A DNA stretch of 64,000 nucleotides from Eledone cirrhosa (taxonomy: Eukaryota): NCBI GenBank assembly GCA_964016885.1, contig OZ024746.1, positions 40,300,001-40,364,000 of the forward strand, written 5' to 3'. Positions 1 through 12,880 of this stretch are shown in pieces. A model generated the notes under the pieces. It was not told the DNA's origin, made no database searches, and saw only the letters and a program-made list of their open reading frames with translations. The translations under genes were made by a program, and so were the position numbers. Position 1 is the stretch's first letter; every line of letters begins with the position of its first letter.

Positions 1-65
1 TCTTTCAGACATTTTCAATTTTTTTTCAGGCACTTCATGAAACATTGGTTTTATCATGGCATGCT
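1..65 (-). CDS. ZC3H14: ZC3H14 exon 9, partial (EHAMIKPMFHEVPEKKLKMSER); continues beyond the window
   Basis: TTTGTATTTAG acceptor at 66-67, open in the expected phase to the window edge. Confidence 0.6.
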
Positions 66-240
66 CTAAATACAAAAACGAAAAGGAGGGAAGATTTTGT
101 TTTAATTAAAGAGGAAATCAAGAGCATAAACTATTAAATTATAAAAATAATGCTGATAACATTGGTGGTGTCGGTAGCAGCAGCAAAGAAGAAGAGGAGA
201 AGGAGAAAAAACAAAGAAGAATGTAAAAAAAAAAACTTGA

Positions 241-275
<35 letters not shown>

Positions 276-373
276 AGAGATGTCAACATGAATGGACCTG
301 TTATTTTTATCTAAAGACATTTTTTCCAATTCCAACCCGCCCGTCCCCTCAATCTATCTTATTTCTCATTCTT

Positions 374-409
374 TCTTCTGATGAAGGACTAGTGTCCGAA
401 ACGTTAAGA
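374..409 (+). ncRNA. Minimal type I hammerhead ribozyme in a short pLTR-like remnant (about 334-500)
   Basis: TCTT-CTGATGA-A-GGAC(TAGT)GTCC-GAAAC-GTT|AAGA with palindromic AACGTT stem III. Ends in (TA/TG)n. Confidence 0.8.
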
Positions 410-865
410 CCCTCTTCCTGCTATATCAAGCGTTAACCTAATATATCCCTTCCATATACTGTACCGATTGTATTGTTATTTCTGTTTATCTTTTACATAC
501 ATATATATATGTATATGTATGTGTGTGTGTGTATACATGTGTATGTGTATATATATATATGTGTGTGTGTATATATTGGGTATGAATCGAAGTTGTAGCT
601 GCAATATAGCAGGTATATTTGAATATATATATCCTTTTCTTCTTGAAATCATCAGAGAACTGATTCTGGAGCCAAGATATTTAGCCTTCAACAGCTTCAA
701 TAATCTGGCCATTAGGCATTTGAATGTCACTGACATTGGTGTGTTCTGGCCTAGTTGGTGTTAAGTCCAACTCATTGGGCATTCTTTTCTGTTCTATGAA
801 GGTGTTGGATTGCTTCTACAGAGGAGTCCAACTGAGCATATAATAAATAATAGATTTACACTTAC

Positions 866-966
866 CAGCAGTTCGTTTTTCTTGCGTAGCTAACGATTTA
901 TGAGCATCTTTCACTGCTTTCAGTAACAGACATTTATTAGCTTGTAGCTCTGGAGGTATACTGGAT
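866..966 (-). CDS. ZC3H14: ZC3H14 exon 8 (SSIPPELQANKCLLLKAVKDAHKSL...)
   Basis: Matches the conserved ZC3H14 motif PSLPPSKQANKNLILKAISEAQES. CTTCAG acceptor, GTAAG donor, phase 2-1. Confidence 0.88.
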
Positions 967-1917
967 CTGAAGTAGAAGATTAAAACATTTTCTTCAAATC
1001 AAAATTAACTCATTTAACACTTTAGCATTTACATTACTCTATATTTACTATTATATTTTCACAGTAAAGGTTTTATCTCACATAATATTGAATCTATGAG
1101 ATTTTGATATTATTTATTTTGAGAACAATACCTTAACATAAGTATGAGTGGCTGGTTACAGCCGATTTGAACAGAAAGAGGTGAGATAATTCTGACCGGA
1201 TCAGCCAGTTTAAATGCTAAAGGGTCAAACAAAAACAAAAGAGGAAAATGAAAAACCCTCACCTGCTTTGTTTATGAGGGTAAACTTTATCTGACACATT
1301 TCTATCAACTAGGTGCAAGGCTAAAGGACAAGATATACAGTTGAATAAACTGTAGTTTATTACAGGTACTTATTGTATTATATCATCCTGGAGAGATGAA
1401 AGGAAGAATATAGAAGGATGAAATTAAAGATCGTAAAACATTTTGTCCTTTTGATATAAGAGAAAGACTAATTGTTTTTATATCTGTTTTTCCATGCATG
1501 CATAGGTTGGATAAAGACTGGAATTTAGCCTTGCTGAAGGACACAACAGATAACCCAGTCTGGGAATCAAATCCATGTATTCACTCTTGATATAGCATCA
1601 TCATCATCATCGTATAACATCCATTTTCCATGCTAGCATGTCTTAAACAGGTTGTCTCATTTGAGGTAAGTTGGGTCAGGTGATCGTGTCTTAATCATAT
1701 CGGACTGTTTCTAGCTAGGGTTATATGGCTGAATGCCCTTCCTAACGCCAACCACATTCAGTATGTGCTGGGTGCTTTTTGTCCTGACTCCTACATGACG
1801 ACGTTACAGTGTGGGCTGGGTGCTTTTTGTCGTGACATCTACACAATCACTTTACAGAAAGAAAATAACATAACTTGCACAAGATATAGTTAAATAGAGT
1901 TTGTTGTATCAACTTAC

Positions 1918-2054
1918 TTCCTTTCTGTGACACGAATAACACTAGCAACACTGCCATAAGATGGATTATATGGATCATATTCCTCTTCTTCTTCACTAGA
2001 ATGGTGGATTATAGAACCAATAACTGAACCAGGAACTCGACGTTTTTTGTTTTG
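1918..2054 (-). CDS. ZC3H14: ZC3H14 exon 7 (QNKKRRVPGSVIGSII...GSVASVIRVTERK)
   Basis: TTTTCAG acceptor, GTAAGT donor, phase 0-2. Basic NLS-like KKRR and acidic EEEEEYDP motifs. Confidence 0.82.
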
Positions 2055-2141
2055 CTGAAAAACAAGGGTTACAAATGAGATTAAAAAAAAAAAGTAAAAA
2101 CAGCAGTTTAGATTTTTCTCTGAACACTTAATTATCATCAT

Positions 2142-2388
2142 CATCATTATTTAACATCCATTTTTCTCTGCTAGCATCTAATTTCATTCACACATTCATC
2201 ATTATTTAACATCCATTTTTCTCTGCTAGCATCTAATTTCATTCACACATTCATCATTATTTAACATCCATTTTTCTCTGCTAGCATCTAATTTCATTCA
2301 CACATTCATCATTATTTAACATCCATTTTTCTCTGCTAGCATCTAATTTCATTCACACATTCATCATTATTTAACATCTGTTTTCTCC
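2142..2388. repeat. 55-bp minisatellite, about 4.4 copies
   Basis: TTAACATC recurs at 2151, 2206, 2261, 2316 and about 2371-2372. Confidence 0.95.
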
Positions 2389-2393
2389 TATCT

Positions 2394-2660
2394 CTAAACT
2401 AAAGTCTGTCTCAAGCCGGAAGACTCGTTAGACGGGTGCTTATCCTGGTTTTGTGGTGTGAAGCAACTGAGAGTACAAGACTCCTCCCTGGACAGAATGC
2501 CATTACAGGGTTAAGCCCCCAGCTATTGCTGGTACTTATTTTCAGCTGAGTATACTGGAGCAATGTGAAATGAAGTGTTTGCTCAAGAATACAACTCATA
2601 ATCCAGCTCAGGAATTGAACCCACAACATTATGATCATAAGTCCAACACACCACTAGGTT
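2394..2660 (-). mobile_element. Older tRNA/CORE-like SINE (related copies about 8800-8998, 18470-18640, 6170-6275, 49990-50080)
   Basis: TGAGCAAACACTTCATTTCACATTGCTCCAGTATACTCAGCTGAAAATAAGTACC core behind a tRNA-like head. Confidence 0.7.
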
Positions 2661-3799
2661 ACACTTTCCCCATCATCATCATCATCACCATTATTCTATG
2701 CCCATTTTTCCACACAATCTTGGGTTGGGCAGGTTATTACAGTCCACCACATCATCTTGCACATACATAAACTGAGAAAACTAATCAATTTAGGTGTTAT
2801 GTGTGTGTCTTATAGTATGGATTGGGTGTCTTTTATCATGCAACTAGTACAAGAGAGACTGTGGGTATGCAATTTAGAATAGGTACATCTTATCCTTGTG
2901 TGCCATAAAAGGAAACTAAGTTGAGTTGACATCAGGAAGGACATCTGGTCATAAAACAATGCCCCAAAAGCACCCCGTGATGAGTATGAAGACTGCAAAG
3001 CTAACCTCTGCTTTAGCAAGGAAAATGGCCTTAAGACACTTGTTGTTGTTGTTGTTGGTATAAGAGAAGTCCCAGGTCAAGGGGATTAAAGAATCCTCTC
3101 CTCTATATTGTATCAGTTCTTACTCTAGCTTGTAACCTACAATGTGACATTCAGAGATCATGTAGCCATTTTCACATATTTTCTACAGCTGGATGCTTTT
3201 TCCATTCACCAACGACTTTGCAGAATGTATCGAGTATATTTTATTGTGCTAGCAGCACTAGAAAGGTTGTCACATGCAAGGACTAAAGGGTTTTCTTTAT
3301 CTTGTATCAGATCTTATTTAGAGTAACTGCGCAGCTGAACTAGTAACCTCTGACATAACTTGTATAGTCCATGTATTGCACATATGCTTCAGTTTAGCAT
3401 ATTTTCTGTGGCTTCATATTCTAGCATGATCAAATGCATCTAGTAACCTCTTTAACACTTTCAAAACTGTTTGTAATTGATATTGTTACCACAACAAAAG
3501 CACTAAGTCCACCCTGTATAGTGATACAGAGCCATAACAACAAAAGCACCCAGTCCATCATCTAAGGTGGTCATGCTGGTGCCATGACAAAAAGTATCCA
3601 ATCCACACTGTAATGTGGTTGGCATTAAGAAGGGCATCCAGCCACAGAAACCAAGCCAAAATACAGATCCCTATGAGCAAGACATGGTCACTTGACCTGA
3701 ATTGTCTCATAGTATGAGAACCCATCTAACCCATGCAAGCATGGAAAATGGATGCATGATGATGATGATACATTTTTAAATATGTAAATTATTTCATTA

Positions 3800-4240
3800 C
3801 AATGTTTGGCACACACGTATTTGTGTTTGGATAAAAGGAAACCATTCAATGTGGGAGTCGGACTCCGCCAAGGATGCGTACTGTCACTTCTTCTGTTCAT
3901 TATTTTCATGAACAGCTGGGTTGGAAATGGTATCACAAATGGCGGGTGTAAAATTCGTCAGCTGGAATTTAAAGACGACATGCTGTTACTTAACTCAACA
4001 GAAAGTGATCTCTGACTTGCACCAAATAGATTTGATGGATGGCTGGAATTAAAATCAATGTTGCGAAAACTGAGAAACTCGTCCTCTCAAGAAAGCCTGT
4101 GCACTCTACATGTGAATGGAGTTCCACTGAAGCAGGTGGAGAAGTTCAAGTATCCGGGGGCCGTGTTCATGAGTGATGGAAAACAGGAAGCTAAATTAAG
4201 TGCAAGAATTGCAGGAGCTTGTCCAATAATTTGAAAAATG
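3800..4240 (+). mobile_element. Decayed LINE reverse transcriptase fragment
   Basis: PFNVGVGLRQGCVLSLLLFIIFM...FKDD...QVEKFKYPG. Confidence 0.8.
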
Positions 4241-4842
4241 TCTGGAATTGTCCCTGTAATGTAAAAGATCAGATTCGCTCCCACCACTGCATTTTATTTT
4301 TAATTATAATTTAAATTCTGGAGTTGTCTCCCCTATATTCTTGACTAAAATTAAACCGAGATAATTTTGTTTTCTCAATACGAATATAATATTAATTCAA
4401 ATTTCTTAGTTTACTTTACAACCGTATCTTTAATGCTTTATCCACTCAACTACCTTCTAATAAATCAGAACATTTGCATATTCTTGGAGCAGTTGATAAA
4501 AAAAATTGCTTGAAGACTAAGCAAGACAATATCTAACCCATACTGACTTTGTAAAGTTGGATACAAAATAGCTTTTAACACTTTTGATACTAAAATACCA
4601 AACTGCCACAAATGACCTCTGGTTCTATGAAACAAAACCTCCCATTTTAAAGGGTTCATATTAAATTTAAAATTTTCCTTTTATTAGGTTATGTTACAAA
4701 TACCATAATAAAAATGAAATAATTAATAATTTTAGTAAATCCCTTGAATTCTTCATTAATTAATTCAAATACAATGTATTTAATTAAAAATAAGGTTATG
4801 AAAGGGTTAAAATACCAAATATATAAATACAAAATAACTTAC

Positions 4843-5252
4843 TCTAGTAAGCTGCAGTTGATGGTCTTCTCTAGAAATGATGGGATGAGTGATGACTTTT
4901 GGTATTTGATTTCTATGGGAATTTGAAATAAGGTCCATTTGCAATCGAGATGTTATTGGCTTGTTTTTAGGGAAAATGTATGTTGTTGACTGAGAAGATA
5001 TTGTACTTTCATTAGAAATGGAAGATTCTGTCTGTGAGATAATATTATTAGATGCTGCAGAGTTCAAGTAATGCATGGATGGTTGCACACGAGAGGTCAT
5101 TTTTGTAACAGGGGCAGAAATGGAAGATGCAGTTTTAAAGTCTGACTTAACTTTATTAATTTTGTCACATGTTGATGTTAAATCTTTAGAGATGTCTGAT
5201 TTCTCTGATTCATTCAGTGTATTGATTTCTTCCTGTTCTTCATTAAATTCAT
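4843..5252 (-). CDS. ZC3H14: ZC3H14 exon 6, Ser-rich low-complexity linker (DEFNEEQEEIN...HQLQLTR)
   Basis: CTTTTCAG acceptor, GTAAGT donor, 410 nt open, phase 1-0. Overlaps ORF 4807..5100. Confidence 0.75.
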
Positions 5253-5651
5253 CTGAAAAGAGGAAGGTATTCCAAATTAAGCGAAATAAATATCTGCTTT
5301 ATTTACAAATACATCTGCTATACTGTTGTCATTATTGTTGTTGCTTTGCACCAAGTTGGCCCTGATCCAACAGATCTATAATTAAAAGCATTCTAGCTGC
5401 AATCATTCTGTCTCTTACTTTTTCTAGAATAAAGTACATTGAACTACATTAGACAATATGCTGGATTCAGAGAGGTGCTCCAGGTAGAGCCACTCCTTCT
5501 CCAAATTGAGTGATCACAGCTCTGATACTACATGCACATGGTTAGAATATCTCAGGAAAGAATCGCTGGACAGATTTTACAGACAAAACCAACTGGCAGG
5601 AGACTCAGAGGTAGACTCCAAGCAAGATGGTTGGATAACATCCATGAGCTT

Positions 5652-5957
5652 GGCTGGGTGCTTTTTATCATGGCACCAAAACGACCATGCTACAGTGCAG
5701 ACTGGGTGCTTTTTATCATGGCATCAAAACGACCATTTTACAGCGTGGACTGAGCGCTTTTTGTTGTCACCACTTGTTAACTGAATGCTTTTTGTTAGGT
5801 CACCAAAGCTACCATTTTACAGTTAGGTCACCAAAGCTACCATTTTACTGAGTGATTTTTGTTGAGACACCAATATGACCACTTTACTGTGTGGACACCA
5901 ACATGACCACTTTACTGTGTGGACTGGGTGCTTTTTGTCGTGACCCCAACACAACCA
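5652..5957. repeat. Degenerate ~40-bp tandem array derived from the RTE 3' UTR (similar arrays 8290-8540, 45190-45390, 3485-3620)
   Basis: Unit is about CTGGGTGCTTTTTRTYRTGGCACCAAMAYGACCAYTTTACAGTGTGGA. Confidence 0.8.
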
Positions 5958-5973
5958 AAATAAATCCAATTAC

Positions 5974-6105
5974 CTGTTTCAGGTTGCAGCAACAATTCTG
6001 GAATCATCTCAGGTTCTTTGTTATCAGCACTGTTACTGTTGCTTTGAAGATTCTTTGAAATATTAATTTCTTGTGGAATTACAGCAGCTACATTTGGTGG
6101 GTTTC
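5974..6105 (-). CDS. ZC3H14: ZC3H14 exon 5 (GNPPNVAAVIPQEIN...PELLLQPET)
   Basis: TTTTTAG acceptor, GTAATT donor, 132 nt open, phase 1-1. Confidence 0.75.
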
Positions 6106-7005
6106 CTAAAAATCAATATGTTATGTTATTATTTCTGAGGAAGATGGTGAGATGGATCTGGAGATATGTGAAATGAAGTGCTTTGTTGGAGAACGCAATA
6201 CATCGCCCGGTCTAGGAATCAAACTTACAGCTTTATGATCGTGAGTCCACCACCCTAACCACTAGGCCATACATTTTCACATGTCACTGCAACATGCTTA
6301 TATCATTTCTCAAAACAAAAGCTAATCATCATTATCATCATCACCACCACCATAAAAATCTATTTTTCATGCTAACAAGGGTTGGATGAGTCACCATAGA
6401 CCAAGTCAGTATCGAGCTAGAACCACTGACCTTCTAGACAGGCCAGGTGCTGCATCTTGCTTACCTATATCCCATACTCTACAGAGTTTACTGGATATAT
6501 TTTATCATGTCACCAGCACTAGGAAGGATAAGTTATCCTGTATTTGATACAACTGAAAAGTCCTTTTGCCCTTTAGTTTGGCAAGTTTTCTGCTGCTGGA
6601 TGCCCTTTTTATCACCAACCTCTTTACAATGTGTACTCGGTGCATTTCTTATGACACCAGCACTTGAGAGGTTATGTCATGACTGAAGGGTCCTCATAAT
6701 CTTTTTTGACATGGTTTCTATGTGTGGAAGCCATTCCTAACACCAAACATTTTACAGAATGTATTGTGAGCATTTTATCGTGTCACCAGCACTAGAAGGG
6801 CTGCCAGTCAGTGACACAAATGAAGTCCTCTACTTTATGGATGTGAGGGAGGAGGACTTTAACCCAAGTAAGTAGTTTTGGGGGGGAAGTAGGACAGGTG
6901 ATAGGCATGGTGTCATTGGTGACAAGCATGGTGGGATTTGGCAAGATGATGTGAGAGAAGAGAGGAAAGTAGAGTGAAGATAGCAATTGTAAAATACATT
7001 CTTAC

Positions 7006-7046
7006 CTATTGTAATAGCCTTCAGCTTATTCAAAATAGATAGCAAC
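7006..7046 (-). CDS. ZC3H14: ZC3H14 exon 4 (LLSILNKLKAITI)
   Basis: TTTTCAG acceptor, GTAAG donor, 41 nt, phase-compatible. Resembles WLHGVLDKLRSVT. Confidence 0.88.
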
Positions 7047-9439
7047 CTGAAAAAAGAAAAGCACATATAAAAATATAATAAAGAAAAGCTAGAAAGTAAA
7101 TTTACCATTATAAAGGGAAAAATATTCTTTTTGTATCAAAACAAAAGAAAAAATCTGAAATAGATTTTCTTAGAAATAAATTTTGTAAATTATTATTATA
7201 GAGTAGCATGAAAGAGATAAGCTCCTGGTTGTTGTTGTGTTGTTGTTTAGCTCCAGGTAGGTCTAATCAGACAGGCCTATGATCAAGGACATTCCAGCCC
7301 TAGCTATCTTGTTTCCAGTACAGAAAACCAAGGACCAAATTATCCAACATGTCCATTATTTAAGAAGGCAGGATTTGATTTGAAGAAAATGTGGCTACTA
7401 TTTCTAGCTACTTTTAAAAGCTCCTTTGTTAGCTTATAAGAACCCAATGAATGAAGTCTTCAACTCAGTTCTGCTTCCTATGTTACAGCTTTATATTCAA
7501 CTCTTGTATCTAATACCCATGAAATAGACTTCAATGTCACAACTATCAATTCTCTCTTCTCTCAAGAACAATATGGATGATCATCCAATGATAGATACCT
7601 TTGATCCGAAGCTACTGTTTCTATTTGTTGTACTATTCTATGGGATAAACCAATATTCCTCTTTATATATTAACCATGTATCTCTGTATCTGTAACCATC
7701 TGTATCCAGTTAACCTTGTGTATCAAAGTTTTTAGAATAGATACACCCTAACTTGAAAAAAAAAAACAGTTGGTCTCAAGATGGATATCCAACTGTAAAA
7801 GACTGCCTCAAAAAGTCCTGCCTAAATCATGTCAGCATGAAAATGTGTGAATATAAAAATGATGATGATAAAGAGAGCTGAAGTTGATGATCATATTCAT
7901 TTTAAGCATGTTTTCCATGCTGGTATAGGCTGAACAGGTTGTTACATCCAAGACAAAACAGGTTATAAGTTCCATTTTAACATGGTTTCTACAATTGGAT
8001 GCCCTTTATAACGGTGTCTGATTTAGGCACAAGACCAACAATTTTAGGAAAGGGGAAAGTCAATTAAATCGACCCTAGTGCATTACTGGTACTTTATTTT
8101 ATTGACCCTGTAAGGACGACAGGCAAAGCTAACTTTGGCGGGATTTGAACTCAGAACGTAATGGGTCATAACTATAAGACACAAAATATGTTGTCTGATG
8201 CTCTACCAATATTGCCAATCTACCACCCTTTGGATGCCCTTTATAATGCCAACAACTTTGTAGAGTGTATTAAATGTATTCTTCATATCACCAACACTAC
8301 CATATACAGAATGTACTGGTGTATTTTATCATGGCACCAACATAACACTTACAGTGCTGGATGCATTTTATCACAGCACCAATACTACCACTTACAGAAC
8401 ATACTGGTGCATTTAATCTTGGCACCAGCATAACATTTACAGAGTGTACTGTTTGCATTTTATTGTTGCACCAGCACTACCACTTACCAAGAGAGTACTA
8501 GGTGTGTTTAATTGTGGCACCAGCAGTACTACTTAGAGTGGTAGATATTTGAATATGGATTATGACAGTTTTCTATATTTTCAGTCTATAAAAAATATCC
8601 AGTAGAAATTAAACAAATTGGTAAATTGTTTATCTTCAGAAGATGAAGTATTTTCAAACAGAGTAATTAAAACTTTACTCACAATTCTATTCTTATTAAG
8701 GAACCATTCATATGGTTTTTATTTACATTTAAATGTGTTCTTAAATAAAGTTATCAAATTAAATAAGAAGACATTTTTCCTACCGAGATCTAAAGTTTAA
8801 AGTCTGTTGCGATCCTGGAGGCTCATCAAGCCGGTGGACACCAACCCATCGCAGGGTTAAACCCCCAGCTATTGCTGGTACTCATTTTCAGCTGAGTATA
8901 CTGGAGCAACATGAAATGAAGTGTTTTGCTCAACCTAGTGTAGGAATCAAACTCACAATATCATGATCATAAATCCAACATACTTACCACCAGGCCATGA
9001 CTCATTACAAAAATGGTTAAATATCTCTATGAAGGTTTGTCTTTAGCTCCAGCCTAATAACATTAAGCTTAGATGAAGTATAGCTGAATGGTTAAGAGAT
9101 TTACTTCAGTCATGAAGTTTCAAGTTCCATCCCATTGTGGGGTGTCTTGGTTGTGCCTTTTACCATAGTCTTAGGTTTACAAAGCCTTGCAAGTGAAATT
9201 GGGAAGAGGGAAACAGTTTGGAAGCTCATCAAATGAACTGTATTGACAATTCAAAGGGTTAGACATGCAACACACTAGGTCACACTGAATCTCCCTGAGA
9301 ATAATATCAAAAGTACACATGTTTGTGCATTAAGCAGATGATAGATAAATCTCTCATCAACTTTCACAAGTAACATTCTATTTTTAACAGCTGGGTGAAC
9401 TAAGACATGTAGAATTCACTGTACAATCCAAATACACAA

Positions 9440-9655
9440 TTAACCCTTTAGTATTTAAACATGCCCTATCTGGCCAGAATTCTCTCACCTCTTTCTGTCA
9501 AAACTGGCCATAACTAGCTGCTCATACTTATGTTAAGGTATTGTTCTCAAAATAAACAATATCAAAATCTCATAGATTCGATATTATGTGAGGTAAAGCC
9601 TTCACCGTGAAAATATAATAGTAAATATAAAGTAATGGAAATGCTAAAGGGTTAA
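9440..9655. mobile_element. ~210-bp piggyBac-type MITE; other copies 1014-1228, 11699-11918, 15064-15253, 16151-16342, 43268-43472, 63389-63577
   Basis: TTAA|CCCTTTAGCATTTA...TAAATGCTAAAGGG|TTAA termini with a conserved interior. Confidence 0.85.
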
Positions 9656-9797
9656 ACAAATATAATTAAAGGCTTGTGGTCCATTTGAACCTGAGATCTC
9701 GTAGCTCATAGCCCATTACTCTAATCCATTCAGAAAATACATTTTTACAATACAAAACAGTACTTCCAATGCAAATTAAATTAACTGATTAACTCAC

Positions 9798-9912
9798 CAA
9801 GCTGTAAATTTTTCAGTGCTACCACCAAGGAACAAATGAAGATCTTCATTCATTTGTTCCCGTGTCTTCTTATTAGCCACCATCACCATGATATAGTCAG
9901 GGAGTTCTTCAT
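9798..9912 (-). CDS. ZC3H14: ZC3H14 exon 3 (DEELPDYIMVMVANKKTREQMNEDLHLFLGGSTEKFTAW)
   Basis: Near-identical to the ZC3H14 PWI-like motif DEELPDYIMVMVANKK. CAG acceptor, GTGAG donor, 115 nt. Confidence 0.95.
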
Positions 9913-9941
9913 CTGAAACATTATTAAACAATTGAATCAGA

Positions 9942-9943
<2 letters not shown>

Positions 9944-9972
<29 letters not shown>

Positions 9973-10030
9973 TGTATGTATGTATGTATGTATGTATGTA
10001 TGTATGTATGTATGTATGTATGTATGTATG
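9944..10030. repeat. (TATG)n microsatellite just upstream of the ZC3H14 exon 3 acceptor
   Basis: About 21 perfect tetramers. Confidence 0.97.
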
Positions 10031-11590
10031 GACCCATAACTCCTGATAGAGTTGTAGAGTTGCTGTCATGACATACAATGTTTTGTGAGCATATTAAACC
10101 TGGCAGAGCCCATCCCCTCTTCACATGCCTAAACACAGCTGCCAGGAGCAATGGAATATTGTTAATCGTGAACAGATGTTGTCAGGAATGTTCGAATGTA
10201 GTCACAATTATGATGATATTATGTTTAAAGAAAATTATGTGTGAAAATACCTATATGAAATACCCAAGCATAACTAAAAGTGTAATTCAATAATGATTAA
10301 GGAAGCTAGGTATGTTTTAACAAATTAACTTATTGTAATAATGATTTCTAAATTAGGCACAAGGTCAGCAATTTTGGTGGGAAGGAACAGTCAATTATAC
10401 CAACTTCAGTACTTGACTTGTACTTTATTTTATAAAATCCGGAAGGATGAAAAGCAAAGTAGACCTCAGAGAGATTTGAACTCAGATTGTAAAGACCCAA
10501 AACAAATACTCCTAAGCATTTGTCCAATGCTCTAATGACCCTGCCAATCTATAGCTTATTGTAATAATAATAATACTACACCACCTCTATCACTCCAGTA
10601 AAGAAACAGGCACTATAATAACAAATCAAGAAAGAAAAAGACTAGCTTTAAATGTACAGAAGAAAGGAAGTAGCTAGGAAATCATCATCATCATTTAACG
10701 TCCATCTTCCACGCTAGCATGGGTTTGAATATATCTAGCAGCTAGAAAAGCAATTTGATAGATTTACCTTGCTAATGTAAAGCAATGAAGATTTTCAAAT
10801 GTTTTCTTTACTCAGGATATACATCATTATCATTATCATTTAATGTCCTTCCCTGCTAGCAAGGGTTGGATGGGTCACCACAGAGCTACTGGCCTCTCAG
10901 ATAGGCCGAGGGTCTACATCTGCACTGTACCAGATGCATGACATCAACAATAGGGAAGTTTTCTAAACAACTTAGTATCATGGAAATATGGCAGTTTCAA
11001 GTGGTTTGGCATCAAAAGGGTTAACCTCCAAAGCCAACTTCTACCAGATCATCACTGTCTACGTACTAGTTGGGTCATCCAATGATTGCCTTATCCTGAA
11101 TACTCATTACACATTCACATAAACTACTCAAATGATTGGCATGAAGTCACTAACAAAGACACTAACCTCTGGCCCACAGATATGCTGTATCCTCTGTCTT
11201 TTCTACTACTACTACAGTAACCTCATTTTCTTGGAGCTGGCTGATCTTGTGTCACCTGCACTCAGTCACTCATGATTCACTCAATATCCTCCTATGGTTA
11301 CTCATAATGTATTCACTACTCCAGGCCATGCACTAACCACTTTGTTCAATCCTTCCATTAAGAATCTTAGCCCTAGAAAATTTCAACCCGGCACACATTT
11401 ATTGCAATCATCAACTAGTAACTAGTAACTGTTCGTCAACTAGTAACTAGTAACAAACTCTGTTAAAAGCATAAATCTCACCAGTGTTGAAGGGTCTGCA
11501 AATAACATAGGAACTGGCCCATCTTCCAAATCCCCCACCCAATGTCTTTTATGCTTTTCTAATAGATTTACAAAATGTATGATTGCTTAC

Positions 11591-11633
11591 CTTCATAGGC
11601 ACCTAATTCCACAAGCTTCGTCTTGATGGCAGA
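11591..11633 (-). CDS. ZC3H14: ZC3H14 exon 2 (SAIKTKLVELGAYE), PWI-like domain
   Basis: TTTCTAG acceptor, GTAAGC donor, 43 nt, in frame with exons 1 and 3. Resembles SAIKGKLQELGAYV. Confidence 0.92.
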
Positions 11634-12159
11634 CTAGAAAATAAACCATATTTCATTTATAAATCATGCATAAAAGGGTAAGGTTATTTTATAAGAAGTT
11701 AAACCTTTAGCATTTAAACCGGCTGTATCCTGCCAGAATCCTCTCACCTCCTTCTGTTCAAACCGGCTGCTCATACTGATGTTAAGGTATTGTTATAAAA
11801 AAAAAATAACATCAAAATCTCATAGATTCGATATTATGTGAGATAATTATGTAAGATAAAGCCTTTACCACAAAAATACAATAGCATATATAGAGTAATG
11901 TAAATGCCAAAGGGTTAAACCACAGCAGTTTTAGTAACAAGCCAACTTTATCAATAAATATGCAAATGTTAGCAGGAAGTCTTCTTCAAACCATGTTAGA
12001 ATAATAAGCAATCAACTCAACATAAATCAAACCCAAAGTCTATGGCAACCCTCTACATGCTGATCTGATAATGGCTTCTTCCATTATTTAATCTATGGAT
12101 TTTGTCCAAAACATGTACTACCCATCTTCAAGCCTATCACTCTTGTTTTATTATTTTAT

Positions 12160-12880
12160 CATTCAACCCCATTGCTCTCTGTGGAGCATAGGCCATTGAT
12201 GACCCTTCACCATCGTACACAATCCAGGGCTGCTCTCGCCACTCCACTCAGCTTCTAGTTTTCGTAATTCAGCCTCAATGTCACACTTCCAGTTGCCGCG
12301 GGACCGGCCCCTCTTCATTTTACTCTGCGGATTCCAGGTCAGGGCTTGGTGTGTGGTGTTGGGTACTGATTTCCTGAGGGTATGTCCAATCTAGTTCCAC
12401 TTCCACTGCAGAATCTGCATTGCTGCTGGCTCCTGTCCCACTTGCTCCCACAGACCTTCGTTTCTGATCTTCTCCAGCCATTTGATGTTGTAGAAGTGAC
12501 TCAGACAGGTGTTGAAGAATGTCTGGATCTTCTGTTGCATCTTCTTTGTTGTCCTCCAGGTTTCACATCTGTACAGCAGAACCGCCTTCAGTTGGAGTTG
12601 AAGATGCAAAGTTTAGTTCTTTTGATGCCCAGACGTTCTTTAGCATCATGAAAGCTGCTCTTGACTTGCCAATCCTGGCTGTGACATCTCAGAAGGTTCT
12701 ACCACGTCAATCAACCACACTTCCCAGGTAAACAAATGACTCCATCTCTCTGATGGGCTCTCCACCGACTGTGACTGGTGTGTTAGCATTGGTGTTGATG
12801 TTCATGAGCTCAGTTTCTTTCTTGTTTATCTTGCGTCCTGTTCAAGCTGACGAGGTCTCCAAGCCTGAAGTCTTAGTACT
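12160..12880 (-). mobile_element. Decayed RTE/BovB-type LINE 3' fragment
   Basis: KAVLLYRCETWRTTKKMQQKIQTFFNTCL..., W.WNP.GK..RGR, short-repeat tail. Confidence 0.8.

Noticed and set aside
102-764. Short YI/CV-rich ORFs here and at 24208, 37454, 39999 and 52526
   Set aside because: Products of (TA)n, (TG)n and (CA)n microsatellites.
630-835. Additional ZC3H14 exon
   Set aside because: Phase-compatible frames hit stops, and IEAVEG-KYLGSRI looks like a decayed LINE RT fragment.
5652-5957. CRISPR-like periodic repeats (also 8290-8540)
   Set aside because: Whole units are degenerate tandem copies with no unique spacers, there are no cas genes, the context is eukaryotic, and they derive from an RTE 3' UTR.
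9794-10078. RBM26/RBM27 assignment for the PWI-like exon
   Set aside because: The exon 1-4 peptides match ZC3H14 specifically. The HTYI repeats in the ORF are an intronic (TATG)n.
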